From Candidatus Kaiserbacteria bacterium RIFCSPLOWO2_01_FULL_50_24 (GTDB lineage: Bacteria > Patescibacteriota > Minisyncoccia > Phycocordibacterales > UBA2100), in contig MFLU01000010.1 in the NCBI GenBank assembly GCA_001783335.1, positions 30,122 to 94,121 of the forward strand: DNA of 64,000 bases. The letters are read 5' to 3'. Shown piece after piece: positions 27,669 to 37,716 of the stretch. The notes under the pieces were generated by a model that saw only the letters and a program-made list of their open reading frames with translations, was not told where the DNA came from and did not search any database. A program made the translations under genes and the position numbers. How positions within the stretch are numbered: position 1 is the stretch's first letter; every line of letters begins with the position of its first letter.

Positions 27669-29251
27669 TAAATATAGACCTTATGCTCGTTGGTGCCGCT
27701 GTGGCGGGTGCCGCAATGCTTGCGCTTGTGGTATACGTATCCAACTCGCGCTCCGCCACAGCACAAGCGCTTCTTTTATACTCCGCGGTAACGATTGGCT
27801 GGAGCTTGGCAAATTTCATCAGCTACCGCCTAACCGATGAAGTGCATATCCTTTGGGCAATACGCCTCGTCCTTTTCTTTGCTTCGTGGCACGCATATGC
27901 ATTTTTGCTTCTAGCTCTAGAATTTCCGAACAAGGTGAACAAAACAAAAGGATGGGCTCTTGCGGCGCTTGCGGGATGGACTGGTCTTGTTTCTGCGCTC
28001 GTTATGACTCCGTTTGTATACGAACGGGTGATCTTCATCGGTCCATCCTCCATAGAAACCTCGGTGGGATGGGGAATTATTGTGTTCGGCTCGACAGTGC
28101 TCGTATATGTCTCGGCAGGCGTCGTATTTCTTGCACAGAAACTACTACGAACGAGCGGGGTAGAGCGGCGGCAGTACGAATTTGTGTTCGCGGGAGTTGC
28201 AATCACCTTTTTCTTTATTCTTACGTTCAACTTTATTCTTCCAGCCTTTTTTAATATTGCCGACCTTATTCCGTTTGGCGGATTATTCCAACTTCCGCTT
28301 ATAGCACTTACTGCATATGCGATTCTCCGACACCATCTCTTTAATGTGAAAATAGCCGCTACCGCGCTACTCATATTTATTCTTTCTGTAATCAGTGTTT
28401 CCGAGATTATTGTCGCCGAGGACACCGCAATCATGGTGTTTCGTATCGTGATTTTCCTTCTCATTTTGCTTTCCGGCGCGCTCCTTATACGCGGTGTATA
28501 TAAAGAAATATCACAGCGTGAACTCATAGAAGCGCAAGAGAAGGAGCTAGAGCTGGTGAATCGTGAGCAGGAGGCGCTTTTGCACTTTTTGAGTCATGAG
28601 GTGAAGGGGTATTTGGCAAAAGGCGAAGCGGGGTTTGCGGCTATTATAGACGGCGCCTATGGCCGCGTCTCGGAAGGTCTTGAAACAATGGCGAAACTCG
28701 CACTCCAAGAGATGCGCGCCGGGGTAGGGGTAGTGATGGGTATTTTAGATGCGTCAAATTTGAAAAAAGGCACGGTGTCGTATAAAAAAGAACCTTTTGA
28801 TTTTAAAAAGATTGTGGAAGCGATCGTGGGTGAAATGCGCACATCGGCAGAAAAGAAAGGCCTTCAGCTCTCGCTCACCGCGCCCGAAGGCGTGTATACC
28901 GTGATGGGGGACGATGAGAAACTCCGTCAGCATGTCGTTAGAAATCTTATCGGTAACTCCATTACCTACACACCATCCGGAAGCGTGTCGGTATTTCTCG
29001 GCGGCAAAGGGGGAAGGGTGCGTATGGTGGTTGAAGATACCGGCGTCGGCATTTCACCGGAGGATATGGAGAAACTTTTCACCGAAGGCGGACATGGTCA
29101 GGATTCCATCAAAGTAAACGTGCATTCCACGGGCTTTGGTCTTTACATCGCAAAGCAAATCGTGGAAGCACATGGCGGCAAAATCTGGGCGGAGTCCGAG
29201 GGCGTAGGAAAGGGCTCGCGGTTCGTGATTGACTTGCCAACTGCGGCGTGA
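27656..29251 (+). CDS. sensor histidine kinase with N-terminal 7TM-type sensing region
   Basis: Many TM helices (YAILRHHLF), H-box SHEVK, NLIGNSITYT, DTGVG, GFGLYIAK. Confidence 0.93.
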   Translation: MPEVVNIDLMLVGAAVAGAAMLALVVYVSNSRSATAQALLLYSAVTIGWSLANFISYRLTDEVHILWAIRLVLFFASWHAYAFLLLALEFPNKVNKTKGWALAALAGWTGLVSALVMTPFVYERVIFIGPSSIETSVGWGIIVFGSTVLVYVSAGVVFLAQKLLRTSGVERRQYEFVFAGVAITFFFILTFNFILPAFFNIADLIPFGGLFQLPLIALTAYAILRHHLFNVKIAATALLIFILSVISVSEIIVAEDTAIMVFRIVIFLLILLSGALLIRGVYKEISQRELIEAQEKELELVNREQEALLHFLSHEVKGYLAKGEAGFAAIIDGAYGRVSEGLETMAKLALQEMRAGVGVVMGILDASNLKKGTVSYKKEPFDFKKIVEAIVGEMRTSAEKKGLQLSLTAPEGVYTVMGDDEKLRQHVVRNLIGNSITYTPSGSVSVFLGGKGGRVRMVVEDTGVGISPEDMEKLFTEGGHGQDSIKVNVHSTGFGLYIAKQIVEAHGGKIWAESEGVGKGSRFVIDLPTAA

Positions 29252-29334
29252 CACCCTGTTTCTCGAAAGTTAAGGAGAAAAATTTCGGCCAAGTACAAGA
29301 TGTGCTTGGCCGCTTCGTTTGCTATAATCTACCA

Positions 29335-30270
29335 ATGCAACGACTCTTGACCGGACTTCAGCCCTCGGGCGCGCTTCACATCGGGAATTATTTTGGAGCG
29401 TTGAAACCGTTCGTTGATTTGTATGGCGACTACGAGAGCTCTCTTTTGGTGGTGGATTACCACGCTCTGACGACGCTCAAAAACCCAGAGGAACTTCGGC
29501 AGAACATTGTGAACGTGGTGAAGGATTATCTCGCAGTTGGTGTGGACCCGAAGAGGGCGACCATTTTTAAGCAATCGGACGTACCGGAGCATACGGAACT
29601 TGCGTGGATTTTTGAGACGCTCGTTACCGTGCCGTTTTTGATGCAGGCGCACGCATATAAAGACAAGGTGGCGAAAGGGCTTGAAGCGAATGCCGGACTT
29701 TTCAACTACCCAATGCTCATGGCGGCAGACATTCTTTTATACGACATTGACGTAGTGCCGGTCGGCGCCGATCAGCGTCAGCACATTGAATATGCGCGCG
29801 AAGCGGCGGCGAAGTTTAACGAAACATTCGGAGAAACATTCAAAGAGCCGAAAGAGCGCATTTTGGAATCAGTTGCGACCGTTCCGGGCACGGACGGGCA
29901 AAAAATGAGCAAGAGTTATGGCAACACCATTCCTCTTTTCGGAACAAAAGATGAAATCGCGAAAGCGGTGATGAGTATTGTTACCGACTCGTCCGGCGAG
30001 AGCCCAGAGCACGTATACAACATTCACTCGCTTTTCAAAGAGAGGGGAGAGCTTGGGGCGCTATACAAGGCAAATAAGGGAAACTACAAGGCGAGCAAAG
30101 AGGCGCTCGTTGAGGACATTGAAGCGACGGTTGCTCCTATGCGCGAACGCCGTGAATCAATTTCAGACGACGAGGTGCGCACCGTACTTGCCGAGGGGGC
30201 AGAGAAAGCGCGCGAGCGCGCGAGTAAAAAAATGACCGAGGTGCGGAAGAAGATTGGTGTTATGATTTAA
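29335..30270 (+). CDS. trpS: tryptophan--tRNA ligase
   Basis: HIGN, YPMLMAADIL, KMSKS. Confidence 0.97.
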   Translation: MQRLLTGLQPSGALHIGNYFGALKPFVDLYGDYESSLLVVDYHALTTLKNPEELRQNIVNVVKDYLAVGVDPKRATIFKQSDVPEHTELAWIFETLVTVPFLMQAHAYKDKVAKGLEANAGLFNYPMLMAADILLYDIDVVPVGADQRQHIEYAREAAAKFNETFGETFKEPKERILESVATVPGTDGQKMSKSYGNTIPLFGTKDEIAKAVMSIVTDSSGESPEHVYNIHSLFKERGELGALYKANKGNYKASKEALVEDIEATVAPMRERRESISDDEVRTVLAEGAEKARERASKKMTEVRKKIGVMI

Positions 30271-30409
30271 AATCCCAAGCACCAAGCACCAAATCACAAA
30301 CAATATCTAAATTCCAATTACTAAATACTAAACACGACGTACCCATTTTGAATTTGTTATTTCGGTGATTTGAATTTGTTTGGAATTTGTTATTTGTAAT
30401 TTGGAATTT
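30268..30409. repeat. family E heptamer inverted-repeat element
   Basis: CCAAGCACCAAGCACCAAATCACAAAC … TTGTTTGGAATTTGTTATTTGTAATTTGG. Confidence 0.78.
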
Positions 30410-30412
30410 ATT

Positions 30413-31750
30413 ATGTCAAGTATGGAACGTACTCTCATAAAAAATCTCTCGGAAAATATCGGGAAAGCCGTCTCGGTAAGCGGCTGGGTATCGGTACGGC
30501 GCGACCAGGGAAAACTCGTATTTTTTGAGATTCGCGACCGTTCTGGAAGCGTACAGGGGGTGGTGTTGCCAAAGTCCGATGCCATTGAGGCGGCAAAGGG
30601 GGTGCGCCCGGAGTATGTCGTTTCCATATCAGGCCAAGTGAATAAACGACCGGAAAAAAATGTGAACCCGAATGTACAAAATGGCGATATTGAGCTTGAG
30701 ATACAAGAAATTGAGATACTTTCTAAAGCGGAGACACCGTTTGAGCTTGGTGCCGAGCTCAACCTTGATACCTATTTAGACCATCTGCCATACACCGTAC
30801 GCTCGCCACGGGCGCGAGATATTTTTGCCCTGCAGGCGACCATCATAGAGGCGTTTCGCGACTCGCTCCGTAAACGCGATTTCGTTGAATTTCAGGCACC
30901 GGCAATCGTAGGAGGCGATGCCGAGGGTGGCGCCGCCGCGTTTAAGGTTGATTACTACTACGACCAAAAGGCGTACCTTGCCACAAGTCCCCAGCTCTAT
31001 AAGCAGATCATGGTTGGCGCGTTTGAGAGAGTATTCACAACACCGAAGATTTGGCGGGCGGAAAAACACGCTACCCCCCGCCATCTTTCCGAGCTCACAC
31101 AAATGGATTTTGAGATGGGATTCATCAAAGACCATTTTGATGTGATGGATGCGCTTGAAACCACCATGCGTGATGTGGTAGCGGTCGTGCGCCACAAGCA
31201 CGCCGACGCACTTCAGCGTTTCAATGTTGAATTGCCCAAGCTTCCTAATGAGAAGTTTCCGATACTCAAACTGAAAGAGGCGCAAGAGTTGCTCGGCGTA
31301 CCGCATGAGCCAGATCTTGAACCCGAGCAGGAACGACTGCTTCACGAGTGGGCGCTTAAAGAGCACGACTCAGATTTTGTTTTTGTAACACATTTTCCTA
31401 CATCCAAGCGTCCGTTCTATACATATGAAGACCCGGAAGATTCCGGCCATACACGTTATTTTGACCTGCTTTTCCGCGGGCTCGAAATAAACTCCGGTGG
31501 TCAGCGCGTGCATGAGCACGATGTGCTTGTGGAACGCATTAGACAAAAGGGGTTAGACCCGGAAAAATTCGCTTTTTATTTGCAAACATTCAAAGTGGGC
31601 ATGCCACCTCACGGCGGGTGCTCCACTGGCCTAGAGCGCTTAACTGCGCGCATGTTGGGACTTGCAAACATTCGTGAAGCCACTCTCTTCCCGCGCGATA
31701 TGACCCGTATTGACGCTCGCTTATCGGAAAATACGGAAGAAGAAACATGA
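30413..31750 (+). CDS. aspS: aspartate--tRNA ligase, non-discriminating short type
   Basis: RDRSG, SPQLYKQ, RAEKH, GMPPHGG, FPRD. Confidence 0.93.
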   Translation: MSSMERTLIKNLSENIGKAVSVSGWVSVRRDQGKLVFFEIRDRSGSVQGVVLPKSDAIEAAKGVRPEYVVSISGQVNKRPEKNVNPNVQNGDIELEIQEIEILSKAETPFELGAELNLDTYLDHLPYTVRSPRARDIFALQATIIEAFRDSLRKRDFVEFQAPAIVGGDAEGGAAAFKVDYYYDQKAYLATSPQLYKQIMVGAFERVFTTPKIWRAEKHATPRHLSELTQMDFEMGFIKDHFDVMDALETTMRDVVAVVRHKHADALQRFNVELPKLPNEKFPILKLKEAQELLGVPHEPDLEPEQERLLHEWALKEHDSDFVFVTHFPTSKRPFYTYEDPEDSGHTRYFDLLFRGLEINSGGQRVHEHDVLVERIRQKGLDPEKFAFYLQTFKVGMPPHGGCSTGLERLTARMLGLANIREATLFPRDMTRIDARLSENTEEET

Positions 31751-32472
31751 ATGCGGCATTTACCGTGAGCACGCGCGCGTTCGCGGGATCCCTTGAGGTT
31801 TTGCTTGACTTGATAGAGGCACGGAAGCTTCCCATATCAGAAGTGTCGCTTTCGGAGGTAGCTGACGCATATCTTGCGCATGTTGAAAAACTGCCTGCAT
31901 ATCCTCTCGCGGAAGCATCGCAATTCGTGCTTGTTGCTTCCACACTTCTCCTCATCAAATCGCGCGCACTTCTGCCGTTTCTAACGCTTTCTGAAGAGGA
32001 AAAGGAGAGTGTGGATGAATTGGAACGGCGGCTTAAGCGTCTGCGTCTCGTCCGTAGAGGCGCAAAACTTTTACGGAGTGAGTGGGGGAGGGCACCGCTC
32101 ATATTTCCAAAACGCGCGCCGCTTCGAGAAGTAAGGTTTGCGCCCGGAGAAGTGAGCGTGGAAACGCTCGGAAATGCAATTCGGCGACTCATCGCCTTGC
32201 TCCCCGTGGCGGAAAAAATGGTAAAGGCCGTTGTCGCACCAGTTCTTGCGCTTGAAGATGTCATAAAACGCCTTCACGAACGCCTACGGAGTGCCATGAA
32301 AACACGCTTCAGCGAGCTTACAAAAAAAGCAGATAAACACGAAGTAATCGTATATTTTCTCGCCGCGCTTGAGCTCGTCCGCTCCGGCTCTATTTCCGCA
32401 ACGCAAGAGAAACTCTTCAGCGACATTACCCTTGAAGCTGAGTCTCTCGCAACCCCAAAATATGGAGCGTAG
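31747..32472 (+). CDS. scpA: segregation/condensation protein A
   Basis: F.G.LEVLLDLI, IKSRALLP, FLAALEL. Confidence 0.93.
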   Translation: MNAAFTVSTRAFAGSLEVLLDLIEARKLPISEVSLSEVADAYLAHVEKLPAYPLAEASQFVLVASTLLLIKSRALLPFLTLSEEEKESVDELERRLKRLRLVRRGAKLLRSEWGRAPLIFPKRAPLREVRFAPGEVSVETLGNAIRRLIALLPVAEKMVKAVVAPVLALEDVIKRLHERLRSAMKTRFSELTKKADKHEVIVYFLAALELVRSGSISATQEKLFSDITLEAESLATPKYGA

Positions 32473-32799
32473 AACACCGCCGTAGTATAAACGGTAGTCC
32501 CAAACACACATATTGAGAATTAACCCTTGTTATTTTTGCGTAGAGCGGAATCCAGCATCAAAATCAGCGCGTGTACGGTGGTTCATAAACACACAAGAGC
32601 GTACTCACTACATGCGTTTTTTCTCACAAAACTCCTCGTGATATTTTTGGTGCTCGGACGGCGCAGAACATATTTCCTATTTGTTAATTCAATTGAATTA
32701 GCAAATAGGACGCGAGACATACCTTTAATTATCGTCACCTATGACAGGTTATCATGTTTCATGATAGGGTATTAATTAGTTGCAGAGGAGAAACCAGAG

Positions 32800-33153
32800 A
32801 TGGAAGAATTCGACATGGTGTGCCCGTACAGCGAGCTGGATTTGATGATTGCTCGTTTAGGTATGGATTTTGGTCAAGAAAAGTATTCTGAAGAAAAATT
32901 TGAGAAAGTGAATAAGGAGATCCACGCAGTGTTTCCGATGCCCAATGATACTGCGACGGTAAACAAACATATCGCTGCGGAAAATGGGATTAGCGTGGAG
33001 GCGCTTCTTAATAGCCCAAATTATTCCATTCTCGTTTCAGATCTGAAGAAAAGGATTGTGCTCGCGACCATCCAAAAGCTTAGGGATGAGTTTGAGCTTG
33101 ACGACAAAGAGGCGTGGGCTCTCCTCTTAACGATTAGCAAACAACTCGGCTGA
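32800..33153 (+). CDS. hypothetical protein inserted between scpA and scpB
   Basis: SD GAGGAG, own terminator. Confidence 0.75.
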   Translation: MEEFDMVCPYSELDLMIARLGMDFGQEKYSEEKFEKVNKEIHAVFPMPNDTATVNKHIAAENGISVEALLNSPNYSILVSDLKKRIVLATIQKLRDEFELDDKEAWALLLTISKQLG

Positions 33154-33174
33154 TTCGTACGAGAAGATTCTCTC

Positions 33175-33201
33175 AAACCGCATGGCAACATGCGGTTTTT
33201 T
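33175..33201 (+). terminator. intrinsic terminator
   Basis: AAACCGCATG-GCAA-CATGCGGTTT followed by Ts. Confidence 0.75.
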
Positions 33202-33208
33202 GTTGTCA

Positions 33209-33248
33209 ACCCAGCACTAATCCCGCCTGGGCGGGATTAGTGCTGGGT
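33209..33248. repeat. long perfect inverted repeat
   Basis: ACCCAGCACTAATCCCGCC-TG-GGCGGGATTAGTGCTGGGT. Confidence 0.75.
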
Positions 33249-33274
33249 AAAAATTGCGATACAATTACATCTAT

Positions 33275-33883
33275 ATGCCACATGCCGACCACTCAAAACC
33301 CACGCTTTCTACCCGCATTGAGGCCCGGCTGTTTAGCGAGGGCGCGTCGATAACGCTTTCAAGGATGGAAAAGATGCTAGATGTTTCTCGCACTGAACTT
33401 GATGAGGGTTTGGCGGCTCTCGGCGACCGCCTTGCGGGAAGCGGAATGGTGCTCGTGCGCACGGAAACAGAAGCGGCGCTTGCGGTATCCGCCTCATGCT
33501 CGCGTGAGCTTGAAGAGTCGTATGCGGCAGAACTTGAGCGCGACATCGGCGATGCGGGGCTTGAGGTGCTTTCCATCGTGCTCTATCGCGGTCCCTCAAC
33601 GCGCACAGAAATTGACTACATCCGCGGCGTCAATTCTTCGTCTACCATGCGCACTCTTCTTCAGCGCGGCCTCATAGAACGCACAAACAACCCTAAAGAC
33701 GCGCGGGAATATCTCTACCGCCCAACCACTGACCTTCTCGCGCACCTCGGCGCTACGCGAGCAGAAAATCTACCGGAGCATGCTACAATAGTCGCCGAAC
33801 TCGCCGCGTTTGAGAGAGAAAACAGCGCGTTCACTCATAATAAGCATGATGGAAATTCAGGAGAACAATCAGAGCCGGTCTAA
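33275..33883 (+). CDS. scpB: segregation/condensation protein B
   Basis: LEVLSIVLY.GP.TR.EIDYIRGVNS. Confidence 0.94.
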   Translation: MPHADHSKPTLSTRIEARLFSEGASITLSRMEKMLDVSRTELDEGLAALGDRLAGSGMVLVRTETEAALAVSASCSRELEESYAAELERDIGDAGLEVLSIVLYRGPSTRTEIDYIRGVNSSSTMRTLLQRGLIERTNNPKDAREYLYRPTTDLLAHLGATRAENLPEHATIVAELAAFERENSAFTHNKHDGNSGEQSEPV

Positions 33884-34823
33884 CGAGCCAAAATCGGCCG
33901 TTTCAACTCCGCAACTTGCCATTGCGGCGCTGATCCTTTCCTCACTTACGGGAGCAATTTTTTTCACTGACGTATCGTTCCCCAAGACCCCTGCCGCTGT
34001 TGCGGCGGCGGATTTCGCGACAGAAGATGTACCCGACCCATTTTTCGGAATGATGTTGGAGGCAAGAAGTGCCATAGCAGTTGATCTGCGGAGTGGAGAA
34101 GTTTTATACGAACGAAATCCCGATGTGCAACTTCCGCTTGCTTCAATTGCAAAGATTGCTCTGATTCTCTCCATCGCTCCGGTAATGGACCCTGAAGAGT
34201 ACATTCTGCTCGCGAACGGGGCATATTCAGTTGGTAGCTCGGACCATCTGGAAGCGGGAGAGCGGTGGCTTGTGAAAGACGTGATTGACTACACTCTGCT
34301 CGGCTCCTCCAACGGCGGTAGTATCGCTCTCGCGGCGGCGGCCGACGCCTCACTCCGCGTGTTGTATCCGGATGCGAAAAGTAACGAGGCGACGCTGTAC
34401 GCTATGAACGTGCTTGTCGATGAATTAGGTCTTGAACATACCTACTTTTTGAATACGAGTGGCTTAGATGAAGACGGCATCGTGTCGGGCGCGTATGGTT
34501 CGGCACGAGACGTAGCAAAACTTCTCGCACGCGCTCTTGCATCTCCAAAACTTTTTTCAAGTACCGCGCAAGAAAAACTGGTGGTTTGGGAGGCGAGAGG
34601 CGGAAAAGCTGCGGTCGCGTTTAATACCAACGAGGCCCTGCCGGTCATCCCCGGGCTTATCCTTGGCAAAACCGGCCTTACTGACCTTGCCGGCGGGAAT
34701 CTTGCGATTGTGTTTGAACCGGAACCCGCGCACGCGATAGCGGTTGTGGTACTCGGGAGTACGCAAGAAGGTAGATTTCACGACATGGAAGAACTCGTGC
34801 GCCGCATCCGCGATTCCTTATAG
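33846..34823 (+). CDS. D-alanyl-D-alanine carboxypeptidase (S11)
   Basis: ASIAK (SxxK), SSN, KTG motifs; N-terminal TM helix. Confidence 0.9.
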   Translation: MMEIQENNQSRSNEPKSAVSTPQLAIAALILSSLTGAIFFTDVSFPKTPAAVAAADFATEDVPDPFFGMMLEARSAIAVDLRSGEVLYERNPDVQLPLASIAKIALILSIAPVMDPEEYILLANGAYSVGSSDHLEAGERWLVKDVIDYTLLGSSNGGSIALAAAADASLRVLYPDAKSNEATLYAMNVLVDELGLEHTYFLNTSGLDEDGIVSGAYGSARDVAKLLARALASPKLFSSTAQEKLVVWEARGGKAAVAFNTNEALPVIPGLILGKTGLTDLAGGNLAIVFEPEPAHAIAVVVLGSTQEGRFHDMEELVRRIRDSL

Positions 34824-34827
34824 AGTA

Positions 34828-34993
34828 TGTTTGAAACCTGTTTACAGAAAGCGAGCGCACATATTGCCCGAGAGAACATCGCGCAGGAAACTCTCAAGCT
34901 ATTGCCACATCTCGCAGTAGTGATACAGAATCCTTTGTTCCCCACGTCCTGTTCGGGTCGGGCAATATGCAGCGAGCGGAAGTTTTCAAACAT
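34828..34993. repeat. long stem-loop element sharing a core with 45841-45977
   Basis: ATGTTTGAAA/TTTCAAACAT and ATATTGCCCGA/TCGGGCAATAT arms. Confidence 0.65.
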
Positions 34994-35010
34994 GCTTTAA
35001 ATACGCACCT

Positions 35011-36069
35011 ATGATATCAATTGAAATATTCGAACTTGTGCGCGTCCTGGTGCCGGCGGCGGCGGCGTTTTGTGTCGGTATGTTTGGCGCGCGGATCCTC
35101 ACCCACTACCTCTACAAATATAAGGCGTGGAAAAAGACCCCGGGAAAAATTGCTCTGGACGGCTCTTCCGCTTCTGAATTTAATCGCCTTCATGAAAAGC
35201 ACGAGGTGCGCGCGCCACGCATGGGCGGCATCGTTGTCTGGGGGAGTGTTGTTCTCGTGGCGCTCGGTATCGCGCTTCTTGAAATTACCGAGTTGAATTT
35301 TGTAACGAGAAGTCAGACATGGATACCGCTTGCGACTCTTCTCATCGGCTCGCTTGTCGGCCTCGCAGACGACCTGGCGGTTATCCGTTTAAATGGAAAC
35401 GGCAGAGGCGTGCCGCTCTGGCTCCGTCTGTGTGTCGTCGTTCTACTATCCACTTTTATCGGCTGGTGGTTTTACGACAAACTGGATGTCGTTGCCATAA
35501 ATATTCCTTTTTCCTCTCCATTTGAAATAGGAATTTTTATCGTGCCGCTTTTTGTGTTCGTGTCTTTAGCGCTCTACGCCTCGGGTGTTATTGACGGCAT
35601 AGACGGACTTTCGGGCGGAGTCTTTGCTTCGGTGTTTGCGTCGTACGCACTTATCGCATTTTCGCAACAGCAAATAGACCTTGCCGCATTTTGCGCGACT
35701 GTCGTTGGGGGAATTCTCGCTTTCTTATGGTACAACATTCCGCCGGCGCGTTTTTACATGACCGACACGGGCACCATGGGGCTCACGCTCACCATAGCGG
35801 TTGTCGCGTTTATGACCGATAACCTTGGCGGGGGAGTGGGTATCAGTGTTCTGCCCATTGTCGGCGCGCTACTCGTCGCCACCGTTGCTTCAGACGTTCT
35901 GCAAGTTGTCTGGAAAAAATTCTTCGGGCGGAAACTTTTTCTTATCGCCCCTCTCCATCATCATTTTGAAGCGCTCGGCTGGCCCGGCTATAAAGTTACC
36001 ATGCGCTATTGGGTGCTCTCTATGGTCTTTGCATTTCTCGGTGTCATTTTCGCCCTCGTTGCAGTTTAG
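35011..36069 (+). CDS. mraY: phospho-N-acetylmuramoyl-pentapeptide transferase
   Basis: P.MGG, GLADD, DGIDGL, APLHHHFE. Confidence 0.95.
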   Translation: MISIEIFELVRVLVPAAAAFCVGMFGARILTHYLYKYKAWKKTPGKIALDGSSASEFNRLHEKHEVRAPRMGGIVVWGSVVLVALGIALLEITELNFVTRSQTWIPLATLLIGSLVGLADDLAVIRLNGNGRGVPLWLRLCVVVLLSTFIGWWFYDKLDVVAINIPFSSPFEIGIFIVPLFVFVSLALYASGVIDGIDGLSGGVFASVFASYALIAFSQQQIDLAAFCATVVGGILAFLWYNIPPARFYMTDTGTMGLTLTIAVVAFMTDNLGGGVGISVLPIVGALLVATVASDVLQVVWKKFFGRKLFLIAPLHHHFEALGWPGYKVTMRYWVLSMVFAFLGVIFALVAV

Positions 36070-36129
36070 CAAAATGGAAGTCTCTCATGTGCGAGGGGCT
36101 AGAGTGTGGCATAGATATATACTGTATAT

Positions 36130-37239
36130 ATGAGCGCTGTTAGAAGACACGCGGATCGCTGGCTACTTCTCCTCGTTGGTACTCTTGTTACTTTTGGCAC
36201 GCTGATCTTTGCGTCCGGCGCGTTCGGTCTCCTTGCGCGAGGTGAGACGCATATAACATCTGTGGTTTTTAATCACGTGGTACTCGGCATCGGCATCGGT
36301 CTCGTTGTCCTCATCGCGACGTCCGTAATTGACCACCGTGCATGGCGGCACTGGGCGCTTCCTCTCTATCTCTTTTCTCTAGGAATAACCGCGCTTGTGT
36401 TCGTTCCCTCACTCGGCATTGAACATGCGGGCGGAACGCGCTGGCTTGATTTTCGCTTCTTTTCTTTTCAGCCGGCAGAGATGATAAAAATAGGCGCTAT
36501 CATTCTCGCGGCTGCATATTTCTCTGTCAATCAAAAACGTATAACAACGATGCGCTATGGGCTCGGTGGATTCCTCGCCATTCTTGTGCTTCCAGTCATT
36601 ATTCTTCTTTTACAGCCAGACGTCGGTACGCTCGGTATCGTTATAGTCGCCGTGGGAGCCGTATACATTGCTGCTGGCGCGCGTATACGCCACCTGGTGC
36701 TTGTGGCGCTCATTGGAGCATTACTTATAGGAGCACTTGCTTTCGCCAGGCCCTACGTTAAGGACCGCATCGTAACGTTTTTTGATCCTGCGCAAAACCC
36801 CCAAGCGGAAGGATATCAAATTCGCCAGTCGCTCATCGCCATCGGTTCCGGTGGTTTTTCGGGAAGAGGATTCGGGCAGGGCGTGCAGAAATTCACCTAC
36901 CTGCCCGAGCCGATGGGGGATTCGGTGTTTGCCGTTGCCGCGGAAGAGTTCGGCTTCGTGGGCAGTGTGTCTATTATTGTGCTCTTTCTCCTTCTGGCAC
37001 TCCGAGGGTTTGCGGTATCTGTGCGAGCGAGCGATTCGTTCGGCATGCTTCTCGGAATAGGCATAGCAAGCTACCTCTCCGCAGAGGCGTTCATAAACAT
37101 TGCCGCGATGCTCGGACTCATTCCCCTCACGGGTATTCCACTCACTTTTTTCAGCCAAGGCGGCACAGCGATGCTCGTATCGCTCGGAAGCGTTGGCATT
37201 CTTTTATCCATCTCAAAACGAGCTACCGCTCGAATGTAG
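36130..37239 (+). CDS. ftsW: SEDS peptidoglycan polymerase (FtsW-type)
   Basis: QPAE..K, QPD.G, GYQI.QS, LPEP..D, P.TGIPL.FFSQGG; between mraY and murG. Confidence 0.88.
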   Translation: MSAVRRHADRWLLLLVGTLVTFGTLIFASGAFGLLARGETHITSVVFNHVVLGIGIGLVVLIATSVIDHRAWRHWALPLYLFSLGITALVFVPSLGIEHAGGTRWLDFRFFSFQPAEMIKIGAIILAAAYFSVNQKRITTMRYGLGGFLAILVLPVIILLLQPDVGTLGIVIVAVGAVYIAAGARIRHLVLVALIGALLIGALAFARPYVKDRIVTFFDPAQNPQAEGYQIRQSLIAIGSGGFSGRGFGQGVQKFTYLPEPMGDSVFAVAAEEFGFVGSVSIIVLFLLLALRGFAVSVRASDSFGMLLGIGIASYLSAEAFINIAAMLGLIPLTGIPLTFFSQGGTAMLVSLGSVGILLSISKRATARM

Positions 37240-37716
37240 ACCACGTTACCGCTACGCTCACGGTTTTTCTTATTTGCTAATTTGCTTGAATTAGCAAATA
37301 AAGGCAATAACCTTTTTTGCGGCGTCGCCCCGCCTGCCATCGCCTAATGCGCTGTGCGTGGTTATATAAATGATACTGTGTATAGGCACCAGGACTATAA
37401 TATCAACTTCTATCGCTCTGGCATTGGCGGGCAGGTCGGACTAGTCGCGCGCGTTGAATTGGAAAAAGAAAAAGCCGAGGGGTGTCCTCGGCTTACAATT
37501 ACGCGTAGAGCATGTCAGGAACTCAGGATGTTTTCTTGGCGACTATTTCCAAAGAGCGTGGCAGATGTCTTCAGTACTCGCCAGCAGTTTTCTCATTTGT
37601 TTCTCCTCTTCTTGTCGTGAACGGGCGTTCACTACCCATCCCCTTTATACCACACCCCCCTCGGCAATTGCAAGTGTTTTGCGGAGCCGACGGCTGACTC
37701 GTGGTACAATATCAAA

